Shown piece by piece: positions 24,143 through 32,000 of a stretch of 32,000 bases of DNA. A model generated the notes under the pieces. That model saw nothing but the letters and a program-made list of their open reading frames with translations. It was not told the origin of the DNA and made no database searches. Position 1 is the stretch's first letter, and each line of letters begins with the position of its first letter. The stretch is from Candidatus Electrothrix yaqonensis (GTDB lineage: Bacteria; Desulfobacterota; Desulfobulbia; Desulfobulbales; Desulfobulbaceae), in assembly GCA_047651235.1 (NCBI GenBank), contig CP178758.1:960001-992000 (forward strand), written 5' to 3'. The position numbers and the translations under genes are program-made.

Positions 24143-25825
24143 TTATCCCTGCTCCCGCAGCTTGGCGCGAACTTCCTGCAATGCCTCGCGCCATTCTTCC
24201 AACTTCGGGTGTTCCAGCTGCTTTGCCAAATCCACAGCACGGCTGAGGTATGGTTCGGCCTTGGTCAGCTCGCCTTGTTTTTCGTAAAGCAAGCCTATAT
24301 TCCCACAGGTGACTGCATCACCATCTTTGTCGCCAATCTCCTGTGCTATTACCAGAGCTTGTTCACACTGTTTCAGTGCGGCTGGATAATCTCCTTTTTC
24401 CTCATAAATCGCCGCGATATTGTTCAGCGTTATACCCTCGCCCTGACGGTCGCCGATTTGCCGGGTGATCGCCAAGTCCTGCTCTGAATACTCCAAGGCT
24501 GCATCGAGCTTGCCTTGCGCCCGATATACTTGGCTGATGTTGTTCAGCACCTTGCTTTCCGTGGCCTTATCCTTGATCTCCCTGGCTATAGGCAAAGCTT
24601 TAGTGTAATATTCTAGGGCCGCTGCATAATTGCCCCGCGTATAGTGAATCATGCCAATATTGTTCAGTGACCAACCCTTGCCTGCCTTGTCGTGTATCTC
24701 CCTAAGCAGCGCCAGGCTTTGCTCGATATATTGAAGTGCCTTCGGATCATCGCCCTTGGTGAGATAAGTCATGGCGATATTGTTCAGCGTTATGCCTTCC
24801 ACTCGCTTGTTACCGACTTCTCGGCATATCAGCAGGCTCTGCTCCAGATACTGCAAGGTATTGCCATAGTCACCCTGTATCTTATAAATCTGGCTGATGT
24901 TGTTCAGCAGTATGCCTTCGCCTTTACGGTCACCAATCTCACGACTTATAGACAGGCTTTGCTCGTATAATGACAACGCCTCAGAATAGCGGGTTATCTG
25001 TTTAAGGTTATAGCCAGCCGCGCTAAGGTAGTCCGCTCTTTTTGCTTTGCGCCCCTCAGGTAAGACAGTAGCAGCCTCTTGGTAATACTGCGCAGACTTA
25101 TCGTAGCGATATTGCAGTCGTTGCAGGTCAGCTTGTTCTGCACAACTTGCTGCTTCCGAGAGCTGCCGCTTCTCTAATGCGGCCTGCTGTTCCGCGATAG
25201 ACGCCTTCATCCGGGAAACAGCTTCTCGGTCTCGCTCCCGTGCTTGAGCAAGCAAATTTTCTGCTTCGGCAAATCGACCGTCCTCAATGGCATCCTTTGC
25301 CTGCACCTTGAGGCTGCGCACCTCTGGATCATCAGACTGCACTGCCTCGAAGCGCAACAGCAGCTCCTTGTGCCGGAAAGCTATTTCCCGTAGCTTGCTG
25401 TCCAAGTCACCACGAGCTACTTGCTGCTCTTCGAGTATCTTGAAAAAGCTGGCAAGCGCCGAATCGGTGACTCCAAGCTCACTCACATACTGCGCGAAGA
25501 GCTCTGGCGAAACACCGTAGTTGTTGATCTGCTTGCCAATCGCATGGTCGCCCTGCGCAATGTTTTGCTCGCCGCCATTACAGTTGAATTTGTTGCTTAC
25601 CGAAGACTTCTTTTTTCTCCGAAACACACATGAAGCAATAACAAGCACAGCACTGCCTGTCAGTGAAAGCGCATAAATACCACTGCCGCTCCACGTTACT
25701 TCAGGATGATCAAACAGCCATTGCAGCTTATTGATTGCCAAATCTATAACGGTTCCATCCATCGCATCGTTTTCGCAAGACTGCTGATTCGTTCTCTTTG
25801 AACATAGGCTATAATTTATATTCAT
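24143..25825 (-). CDS. Membrane-anchored tetratricopeptide-repeat protein: N-terminal TM helix, coiled-coil region, then about 7 KLC/TPR_12-type repeats
   Basis: 560-aa ORF with TM helix IYALSLTGSAVLVIASCVFRRKKK. A charged helical region follows (...EAENLLAQARERDREA...). Then come 40-aa repeats of the form A(L)xYxEQSLxIxREIGDKxGEGxxLNNIxxIY. The start is uncertain; an alternative ATG at 25760-25762 gives MDGTVIDL. Confidence 0.8.
   Translation of the reverse strand: MNINYSLCSKRTNQQSCENDAMDGTVIDLAINKLQWLFDHPEVTWSGSGIYALSLTGSAVLVIASCVFRRKKKSSVSNKFNCNGGEQNIAQGDHAIGKQINNYGVSPELFAQYVSELGVTDSALASFFKILEEQQVARGDLDSKLREIAFRHKELLLRFEAVQSDDPEVRSLKVQAKDAIEDGRFAEAENLLAQARERDREAVSRMKASIAEQQAALEKRQLSEAASCAEQADLQRLQYRYDKSAQYYQEAATVLPEGRKAKRADYLSAAGYNLKQITRYSEALSLYEQSLSISREIGDRKGEGILLNNISQIYKIQGDYGNTLQYLEQSLLICREVGNKRVEGITLNNIAMTYLTKGDDPKALQYIEQSLALLREIHDKAGKGWSLNNIGMIHYTRGNYAAALEYYTKALPIAREIKDKATESKVLNNISQVYRAQGKLDAALEYSEQDLAITRQIGDRQGEGITLNNIAAIYEEKGDYPAALKQCEQALVIAQEIGDKDGDAVTCGNIGLLYEKQGELTKAEPYLSRAVDLAKQLEHPKLEEWREALQEVRAKLREQG
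24296..25015. repeat. 120-bp periodic coding repeats (TPR units) inside the TPR gene
   Basis: The motif (g/a)at(a/g)ttgttcag recurs at 24416, 24536, 24656, 24776 and 24896, exactly 120 bp apart. Degenerate units flank these. The repeats also explain the shadow ORFs 23999..24487 and 24692..24970. Confidence 0.85.
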
Positions 25826-25940
25826 TCAATCTACGCCATATCGCATGATTATAGCAGGCATGAAGCAGAATAACGATGTTTTCATTCAGATGTACGTTCG
25901 AGTGTATGTCTTCTGCCTGTCGTTTCAAATGCTGGCTGAA

Positions 25941-25969
25941 TTGACAACTCATCCAGTATGAACTATTCT
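25941..25969 (+). promoter_or_regulatory. Candidate promoter for the antitoxin-toxin pair
   Basis: TTGACA (25941-25946), a 17-nt spacer, then TATTCT (25964-25969), in an AT-rich spacer upstream of the antitoxin. Confidence 0.3.
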
Positions 25970-26052
25970 GACAGGTAACCAGATAGCCCAAAAAAGCAAA
26001 GGAGACGATATGATTTCACTAAAGAAAACTATTGAAATATGAGAGTGTCACT

Positions 26053-26268
26053 ATGAATAACGCAGTTTCATTTAATAAAGTATTGGATGCCGTCGAACAA
26101 CTGCCGATAAATGAGCAGGAGTCGCTTATTGATCTGATCCGCCGCCGTATCGCTGAATACCGCCGTCAGGAGATAGCAACACTGGTATCCTCAGCGCAGG
26201 AGGAATACAACACTGGAAAATTAACTCCTGAAAGTCCGGACGATATTATGCAGTCTATCTTGTCATGA
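26053..26268 (+). CDS. Putative type II antitoxin (small helical addiction-module component)
   Basis: Track ORF 26032..26268 has a TTG start; the first ATG is at 26053 (MNNAVSFNKVLDAVEQLPINEQESLIDLIRRRIAEYRR...). Its stop overlaps the ATG of the downstream RelE/ParE-like reading frame (ATGA at 26265-26268), the classic TA operon arrangement. Confidence 0.6.
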   Translation: MNNAVSFNKVLDAVEQLPINEQESLIDLIRRRIAEYRRQEIATLVSSAQEEYNTGKLTPESPDDIMQSILS

Positions 26269-26548
26269 AGAGACTGCTGCTTAAATCCAGAGCCTTTGTC
26301 CGCAGTGCCAAACGAGAGTTGTACGAAAGAATCCTCAGTTGGCAGAAAATATCCGCGCAACCTTGGAACTGCTTTCCGCTGACGCCTTTCATCCGTCATT
26401 GAAGACCCATAAACTGAAGGGCAATCTTGCTGATTCATGGGCCTGCAGCGTTGCCTATGATTCGAGAATTGTCTTTTCCTTTGTCGAGCATGAAGGAAAG
26501 GAGGCTATTCTCCTGGAAGCAATAGGCACACATGATGAAATCTATTGA
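26265..26548 (+). pseudogene. RelE/ParE-family toxin gene interrupted by a frameshift
   Basis: Frame 1 from ATG 26265 reads MKRLLLKSRAFVRSAKR and then runs into a stop. Frame 3 reads (V)[75 protein letters not shown]. Skipping 2 nt in the gagag tract (26314-26318) joins them into a typical 93-aa toxin. Confidence 0.75.
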
Positions 26549-26577
26549 GATCAGTTTATCTTTCTCCTTCCCTCCTT

Positions 26578-29500
26578 ATGAAAGATACCAGAAAGTTCCG
26601 CTTCTCCATAGACCGAGGCGGCACCTTTACGGACGTCTATGCCGAAGTGCCGGATACACCGGAAAAGCCCGGCTTCCGGGTCATCAAGCTGCTCTCCGAA
26701 GACCCGACCAATTACCCGGACGCTCCCCGCGAAGGCATCCGCCGCATTCTGGCCGAGTTCGGCATCCCGCTGCGCAACGGGCTCGTGGACGGCTCCCGGA
26801 TCGACTGGGTGCGCATGGGCACCACGGTTGCCACCAATGCCCTGCTGGAGCGCAAGGGCGCACGCACCGCGCTGGTCACGACCAGAGGCTTCGGCGATGC
26901 CCTGCAGATCGGCTACCAGGACCGGCCCGACCTTTTTGACCTGCGCATCCGCAAACCTGAGCTGCTCTACGAGACCGTGCTGGAAGTGGACGAGCGGGTT
27001 CGCATCGTCAAGAACGACGAGGAGGCGGCGCGGCTGGCCGCACAGGGCTTTCCCTTGGTCACGGCCCGCAGCGGTGAGCGTTTCGCTGTCCTGGCTGCGC
27101 CCGATCTGACGGTCCTGAAGCCCCGGCTGCGGCAGCTCCTGGACCAGGGTATCAGCAGTCTGGCCATTGTCTTTCTCCATGCCTACGGTTTCCCGCAGCA
27201 CGAGGAGCAGGTCGGCGAACTGGCCCGGCAGCTCGGCTTCACGCAGGTCTCTCTCTCTTCCCAGGTCATGCCTGCAGTCAGGCTGGTCTCGCGCGGCGAC
27301 ACCACCACGGTGGATGCCTATCTCACCCCGCATATCCGCAGCTACCTGGACAGCTTCCGGGCCGGTTTCGCAGGCGGGCTGGAGGAGGGACAGCTCCTCT
27401 TTATGCAGTCGGACGGCGGCCTGGCCCGGGCGGACAGCTTTACCGGAGCGCGGGCCATCCTGTCCGGGCCTGCGGGCGGGGTGATCGGCTATGGCCGAAG
27501 TATGTGGGATACTGCCTCCCGGCAGCCGGTGATCGGCTTTGACATGGGCGGCACCTCCACGGATGTGTCCCGCTTTGCAGGCGAGCCGGAGCTGACCTTT
27601 GCCACCCGGACCGCCGGGGTGCGCATCCATGCGCCGCAGTTAGATATTCGCACCGTAGCGGCAGGCGGCGGCTCCCGTCTCTTCTTCGACAATGCCATGT
27701 TCCGGGTCGGGCCGGAGTCGGCAGGGGCGCATCCGGGGCCGGTGTGCTACCGCAAAGGCGGTTATCTTACCGTGACCGATGCCAATCTGGTGCTCGGCCG
27801 CCTGCAACCTTCGCATTTCCCAGCCATATTCGGGCCAGAGGAGAACCTGCCTTTGGACAGGGAGGCGGCCCGCAATGCCCTTGCCGAGCTGACCGCAGCA
27901 ATCAATGCTCAGTATACCGCCCAGAGATGCGAATCGCTCTCGGTCGAGGAGGCCGCCTTGGGCTTTCTCCGGGTGGCCAACGAGGCTATGGTGCGCCCCA
28001 TCCGCGAGGTTTCGGTGATGCGCGGCTTTGACATCCGCGAGCATGTGCTGGCCGCCTTCGGAGGTGCGGGCGGGCAGCATGCCTGCGCTGTGGCCCGCAT
28101 TCTCGGCGTCTCCAGGGTGGTGATCCACCGCTTTTCCGGCATCCTTTCCGCCTGCGGCTTGGGCATGGCCGATACCGTGATTGACCGTCAGCGGCCTGCT
28201 GCTGCCGAGCTGGGAGCAGACAGCCTGCCTGATTTGCTGGCTGCGCTTGGCCGCCTGCAAGCTGAGACGGAACAAGAGCTGCTGGATCAGGGGGTTCCGG
28301 TGGAGCGGATCAGCAGTCAACGCTTTCTTCACTTGCGCTATGCCGGAACCGATACAGCCCTGATGATTGAAGAGCCGGAAGACGGGGACTTCGCCGCCCG
28401 CTTCAGTGCAACCTGCAGACGGGAATACGGCTTTGTCTTAGAGAACCGTGCAGTCTTGGTGGATGACATCAGGCTGCGTTCCGTGGATCAGGCAGGGAGG
28501 ATGGAGCGGCCTCGCATCGCCCATGCCACAGCCTCGCCTCAGCAGGAAGCCGTGGTGCCGGTGTACTTTGACCAGGGCTGGCATGACACTGCTCTCTATA
28601 ATATGGAAACCCTGCTGGCCGGGCACGAGCTTCCCGGTCCGGCCCTGCTCGTCCAGGATACAGCCACCATCCTGGTGGAGCCGGGATGCACGGCCCGGAT
28701 CAGGGAATACGGGGATGTGGAGATCGAGGTTGGTCAACAGGAGCAGGCCAGGATCGGCACCGAGGTCGATCCCATTCGGCTCTCGGTCTTCTCCAGCCTG
28801 TTCATGTCCATTGCCGAGCAGATGGGCCGGATGCTGCAAAAGACAGCAGTGTCCACCAATATCCGGGAGCGGCTGGACTTTTCCTGCGCTCTGTTCGACC
28901 GGGACGGCGGCTTGGTGGCCAATGCCCCGCATGTGCCTGTCCACCTCGGGGCCATGAGCGAGGCGGTGCGCGGGCAAATCCTGCGCTGCCCTGACCCGCA
29001 GCCCGGTGACGTGCTGCTGAGCAACCACCCGGCAGCCGGGGGCAGTCATCTGCCCGACATCACGGTCATCACGCCGGTCTTCAGCCCGGCCAAGGAGCTG
29101 ATCTTCTGGGTGGCAAGCAGGGGACATCATGCCGACATCGGCGGCATCACGCCCGGTTCCATGCCGCCGGATTCCACCTGCCTTGCCCAGGAAGGCGCAG
29201 CTATCGAGTCCTTCCGGCTGGTTCGGGATGGAGTGTTTCAGGAGAAGGGCATCACTGCGCTGCTTCTGACTGCCGCGCCGGGTAGCAGCGGCACCCGCCG
29301 CCTGGCCGATAACCTCTCCGACCTGCAGGCCCAGGTGGCGGCCAACCAGAAGGGCATGGATCTGATCTTGGAAATGGCGGATCAGTACGGTCTGGCTGCG
29401 GTGCAGGCCTACATGGGCCATGTCCGTGATGCGGCGGAAGCGGCTGTGCGTACCTGCCTGCGGGAGATCTCCCTGCGCCGCAACATGGCGGAGCAGGACA

Positions 29501-30324
29501 CGGTCGAGGCGGTCGATTACTTGGACGATGGCAGTCCCATCCGCCTGCGTCTGAGCATTGATCGACGGGAGGGCAGCGCAGTCTTTGACTTCAGCGGCAC
29601 TGGTAGCCAGTTGCCCGGCAATCTGAACGCACCCAAGGCCGTGACCCAGTCGGCCCTGCTCTACAGCCTGCGCTGCCTGGTGGAACGGGACATCCCGCTC
29701 AACAGCGGCTGTCTGCAGCCGGTTGAGCTGCGCATCCCACAAGGTTCCCTGCTCGACCCTGCACCGGAGGCCGCCGTGGTCGGGGGGAATGTGCTGACCT
29801 CACAGCGGGTGGTTGATGTGATCCTGCGGGCCTTCGGCGCTGCAGCAGCCTCCCAGGGCTGCATGAACAACCTCTCTTTCGGCAATGCCTCGTTCGGCTA
29901 TTACGAGACCATCGGCGGCGGGGCAGGAGCCGGGCCGGACTGGCACGGGCAGTCCGGTGTCCACACCCATATGACCAATACCCGCATCACCGACCCGGAG
30001 ATCCTGGAACGCCGCTATCCGGTGCTGCTCAGACAATTTGCCCTGCGTCGAGGTTCAGGCGGCAGGGGCCAATTCCACGGTGGCAACGGGTTAGTGCGGG
30101 AACTGGAATTCCTGGAATCGCTCCAAGTGTCCATCCTCTCTGAGCGACGGGTTTATGCGCCGTATGGCATGAAGGGCGGGGAAGATGGAGCAAAGGGAGA
30201 AAATGTGCTGATCCGTAAGGATGGAAGCCGGGTTGATTTGGGCGGGAAGGGGTGGGTGCAGGTCGAGGTTGGGGAGAGGTTGAAAATATGCACACCGGGA
30301 GGTGGTGGCTGGGGATTAAAATGA
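26578..30324 (+). CDS. 5-oxoprolinase (ATP-hydrolysing), fused hydantoinase A / hydantoinase B type
   Basis: ATG at 26578 ([25 protein letters not shown]...) inside track ORF 26545..30324. The N-terminal half has HyuA motifs (...[12 protein letters not shown]...). The C-terminal half has HyuB motifs (...[24 protein letters not shown]..., ...[10 protein letters not shown]... and ...TPGGGGWG). Confidence 0.9.
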   Translation: MKDTRKFRFSIDRGGTFTDVYAEVPDTPEKPGFRVIKLLSEDPTNYPDAPREGIRRILAEFGIPLRNGLVDGSRIDWVRMGTTVATNALLERKGARTALVTTRGFGDALQIGYQDRPDLFDLRIRKPELLYETVLEVDERVRIVKNDEEAARLAAQGFPLVTARSGERFAVLAAPDLTVLKPRLRQLLDQGISSLAIVFLHAYGFPQHEEQVGELARQLGFTQVSLSSQVMPAVRLVSRGDTTTVDAYLTPHIRSYLDSFRAGFAGGLEEGQLLFMQSDGGLARADSFTGARAILSGPAGGVIGYGRSMWDTASRQPVIGFDMGGTSTDVSRFAGEPELTFATRTAGVRIHAPQLDIRTVAAGGGSRLFFDNAMFRVGPESAGAHPGPVCYRKGGYLTVTDANLVLGRLQPSHFPAIFGPEENLPLDREAARNALAELTAAINAQYTAQRCESLSVEEAALGFLRVANEAMVRPIREVSVMRGFDIREHVLAAFGGAGGQHACAVARILGVSRVVIHRFSGILSACGLGMADTVIDRQRPAAAELGADSLPDLLAALGRLQAETEQELLDQGVPVERISSQRFLHLRYAGTDTALMIEEPEDGDFAARFSATCRREYGFVLENRAVLVDDIRLRSVDQAGRMERPRIAHATASPQQEAVVPVYFDQGWHDTALYNMETLLAGHELPGPALLVQDTATILVEPGCTARIREYGDVEIEVGQQEQARIGTEVDPIRLSVFSSLFMSIAEQMGRMLQKTAVSTNIRERLDFSCALFDRDGGLVANAPHVPVHLGAMSEAVRGQILRCPDPQPGDVLLSNHPAAGGSHLPDITVITPVFSPAKELIFWVASRGHHADIGGITPGSMPPDSTCLAQEGAAIESFRLVRDGVFQEKGITALLLTAAPGSSGTRRLADNLSDLQAQVAANQKGMDLILEMADQYGLAAVQAYMGHVRDAAEAAVRTCLREISLRRNMAEQDTVEAVDYLDDGSPIRLRLSIDRREGSAVFDFSGTGSQLPGNLNAPKAVTQSALLYSLRCLVERDIPLNSGCLQPVELRIPQGSLLDPAPEAAVVGGNVLTSQRVVDVILRAFGAAAASQGCMNNLSFGNASFGYYETIGGGAGAGPDWHGQSGVHTHMTNTRITDPEILERRYPVLLRQFALRRGSGGRGQFHGGNGLVRELEFLESLQVSILSERRVYAPYGMKGGEDGAKGENVLIRKDGSRVDLGGKGWVQVEVGERLKICTPGGGGWGLK
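26596..26651 (+). repeat. Right direct repeat (within the intact oxoprolinase CDS)
   Basis: Partner of 24081-24136. The repeat period is 2515 bp. Confidence 0.9.
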
Positions 30325-31490
30325 GATTGCTGGATACCAGCATGAAAGCATATGCGCTGTTTGTCATCAGCATTCTTTGCCTGTTCTGCACCCGCAACAG
30401 TCATGCTGACGGCAAGATGTATCTGCGTCAAGATCGTATCCCGGCAAATATTCCTTACCAGCGAGCTCTGATCTTGTTTGATCACGGCAGAGAGACACTC
30501 GTTGTGCAGAGCAAGTATTCTGCTCATGGCCTGAAAGAGAATGCTGTCGGCTGGGTGATTCCTGTGCCGAATGTTCCTGATGTGACATCAGTCGCCGCAG
30601 ATGCCGCTGCAACAGCATTCTGGAAACTTGAAGACATATCGTATCCAGCAGTCACGCATTTTCTTCCGCAAAAATTTTGTCTTAGGATTTTAGGCATAGT
30701 TTTTCTGTTTTCACTTGCCTATATGTTCTTGATGCCGGTCATTGTCCTTACCCGATGCGTCAAAGACAAATCATGCAGGCCGCTGAAACAGGCAGTTGCT
30801 CAGCGAACATGGCCTGCAAGCTATGCCATGAATTTTCTTGTCTTCCTGCTGACTCTCATCATCCTTCCAAATTTTATACGCTACCGAGGGGGCAATGATG
30901 TTGATATAGTGCAGGAGAAAGAAGCAGGGATTTACAACATACGCGTCATTCGCTCTGATCAAGGAAAATCCTTGGTCGAATGGCTGAACAGCAATGGCTT
31001 CAGATTCAACGCAGCTGATCAGGAAGCGTTCGATTTTTTCATTCACAAGAACTGGTGCTTTGTTACAGCGCAGATTAACGCCCAGAATCTTGCGGCCACG
31101 GATGAGCTTATCTCAGAAGGACTTGCCGCGCCCCTGATACTTGGCTTCAACACAGAGCAGCCTGTCTATCCTCTGAAGCTGACCGGCACCGCAGGCAGTC
31201 CGACAGAAATCTTGCTGTATATCTATGCAAAAAAGAAAATGCAGTGCGGCGACAAGCTGGAACTTAATTTTGCAGGTGAAAGCAGCTTTGACTTCTTTGC
31301 GTCAATCCTTTCTGAGATGATTGATACTATCACAGATAAACAGCTTGAACAGTTTATGCCGATTTCAGGAAAAGGCTACCTGACAAAATGCAAAGGCACC
31401 TTGCAGCCGGACCAGATGAAGAGCGACATTTGGTTTCTCGAAGCTGAGAACAGCACGGCTTATCGAAAAAAAATCAAAAAAGTATTGTAA
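30321..31490 (+). CDS. Exported/membrane protein, DUF2330-like
   Basis: ATG at 30321 overlaps the oxoprolinase stop (ATGA). An alternative ATG at 30342 gives the signal peptide [22 protein letters not shown]. ...[21 protein letters not shown]...[11 protein letters not shown]... and ...[48 protein letters not shown]... match my recollection of the DUF2330 pattern. Two central TM helices are present. Confidence 0.5.
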   Translation: MRLLDTSMKAYALFVISILCLFCTRNSHADGKMYLRQDRIPANIPYQRALILFDHGRETLVVQSKYSAHGLKENAVGWVIPVPNVPDVTSVAADAAATAFWKLEDISYPAVTHFLPQKFCLRILGIVFLFSLAYMFLMPVIVLTRCVKDKSCRPLKQAVAQRTWPASYAMNFLVFLLTLIILPNFIRYRGGNDVDIVQEKEAGIYNIRVIRSDQGKSLVEWLNSNGFRFNAADQEAFDFFIHKNWCFVTAQINAQNLAATDELISEGLAAPLILGFNTEQPVYPLKLTGTAGSPTEILLYIYAKKKMQCGDKLELNFAGESSFDFFASILSEMIDTITDKQLEQFMPISGKGYLTKCKGTLQPDQMKSDIWFLEAENSTAYRKKIKKVL

Positions 31491-31538
31491 CAGGGCAGGC
31501 AGCGGTCAAGGGCGGAGCGTGACCATATCTCTTGAAAT

Positions 31539-31568
31539 TTGCAATAGCATACGATAGTGATGTATTAT
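31539..31568 (+). promoter_or_regulatory. Candidate promoter for the last (partial) gene
   Basis: TTGCAA (31539-31544), an 18-nt spacer, then TATTAT (31563-31568), about 70 nt upstream of ATG 31638. Confidence 0.3.
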
Positions 31569-31637
31569 TTGTGTTATACAAAAATATAACAGCCCGGAAC
31601 GGTTCCTGCCGCCCCGGTCGTCAATCCGAGAACCGCC

Positions 31638-32000
31638 ATGAAACCGATGCCTCTGCTGTTGATCTCCGTTCTTTTACTGCTCTCCCTCCTGTGCCCCCTG
31701 TGCATTCCGCCGGTGCTCTGCAGGGCTGAACTTCCTGCCCTCCCGGACACCCCTGTACAACAGAACATCCGCATTACCTTTGATGTGGAACAGGCAAAGA
31801 TGGCAGGAGAATCTACCATCACTCTGCCGCCGGGCGGGGCGCTCAAGCTCCTGTTTGGTGATCTTGAACAGGTACGGATCATGATCAGCGAGGGTAAAGC
31901 GATGGAGGATAAAGTGGGTCAGGAGATTGCGCCCAACGACGATAATACTCTGCTGCTACCCTCTGCTGCTCTGCAGCGCACCCTTCGGATCTCCTGGCAG
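31638..32000 (+). CDS. Secreted hypothetical protein (partial; continues past the right edge)
   Basis: Not in the track because it has no stop. ATG at 31638 opens a frame that stays open to the window end. MKPMPLLLISVLLLLSLLCPLCIPPVLCRAE is a signal peptide, followed by ...IRITFDVEQAKMAGESTITLPPGG.... Function not assignable. Confidence 0.55.
   Translation, partial: MKPMPLLLISVLLLLSLLCPLCIPPVLCRAELPALPDTPVQQNIRITFDVEQAKMAGESTITLPPGGALKLLFGDLEQVRIMISEGKAMEDKVGQEIAPNDDNTLLLPSAALQRTLRISWQ

Noticed and set aside
24024-24287. 87-aa + strand ORF MRNKLRSVKK...[19 protein letters not shown]...
   Set aside because: It is chimeric. Only residues ~20-39 are the orphan oxoprolinase fragment, and the remainder reads antisense through the 3' end of the TPR gene. 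It is reported as a repeat/gene fragment, not as a CDS.
24296-25015. Regular 120-bp repeats considered as a possible CRISPR or satellite array
   Set aside because: The repeats are in-frame TPR units of a continuous 560-aa ORF. There is no repeat-spacer structure, and the period equals 40 codons.
25809-25991. 60-aa minus-strand ORF upstream of and overlapping the TPR gene start
   Set aside because: It has no SD and no motif, and it lies in the AT-rich divergent promoter region. It is not supportable.
26010-26042. 10-codon mini-ORF (MISLKKTIEI) with a strong SD (aaggag) just upstream of the antitoxin
   Set aside because: It is too short to support as a gene. It may mark the real ribosome entry site, coupled to the antitoxin ATG 11 nt downstream, or be a leader peptide. 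This is untestable from sequence alone.
26551-29742. Long minus-strand ORFs 26551..27630 (359 aa), 27640..28332 (230 aa) and 28438..29742 (434 aa)
   Set aside because: All are antisense to the 1248-aa oxoprolinase gene, whose HyuA/HyuB motifs are unambiguous. Their Arg/Gly/Pro-rich composition is typical of shadow frames.

Overview
GC-rich bacterial chromosomal window. The gene content (futalosine-pathway mqnD, ferredoxin-fused EtfA) suggests a Desulfobacterota-like anaerobe, but that is inference only. The backbone is housekeeping. On the minus strand: yceD-rpmF-plsX-fabH followed by acyl-CoA dehydrogenase, etfB and etfA; psd; ilvB-ilvN. On the plus strand: mqnD, a mobB-mobA fusion, a rhomboid-like protein and a vanZ-like protein; a TPR membrane protein and panC; panD; a fused 5-oxoprolinase. 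I recognised no rRNA, tRNA or CRISPR array. The main result is that several conserved gene neighbourhoods are each split by visibly AT-richer or unrelated cargo, with no recombinase in sight. (1) A TerF-C-type vWA gene with its own SD and terminator sits between etfB and etfA. (2) A four-gene co-directional wedge sits between panC and panD: unknown-domain-cupin fusion, 68-aa membrane protein, secreted beta-helix protein, PF10127-like nucleotidyltransferase. (3) A 2.5-kb cassette lies between panD and the oxoprolinase gene (membrane-anchored TPR protein plus an antitoxin with a frameshifted RelE/ParE toxin). It is bracketed by 56-bp direct repeats that are two copies of the oxoprolinase 5' end differing only at synonymous positions. 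(4) An ISAs1-type transposase stump lies next to a DUF262/DUF1524 (GmrSD-like) type IV restriction gene. Also notable are a rhomboid homologue with both catalytic residues replaced (Ser->Ala, His->Gln) fused to TPRs, and a 32-bp tandem duplication spanning a stop codon. I cannot name a single proven novel system. The best candidates for follow-up are the repeat-bracketed TPR/TA cassette and the panC-panD wedge. All functional calls come from motif recognition by eye, and no database search was run. The ORF track includes the stop codon in its coordinates and uses TTG/GTG starts. Many long ORFs in it are antisense shadows of GC-rich genes.
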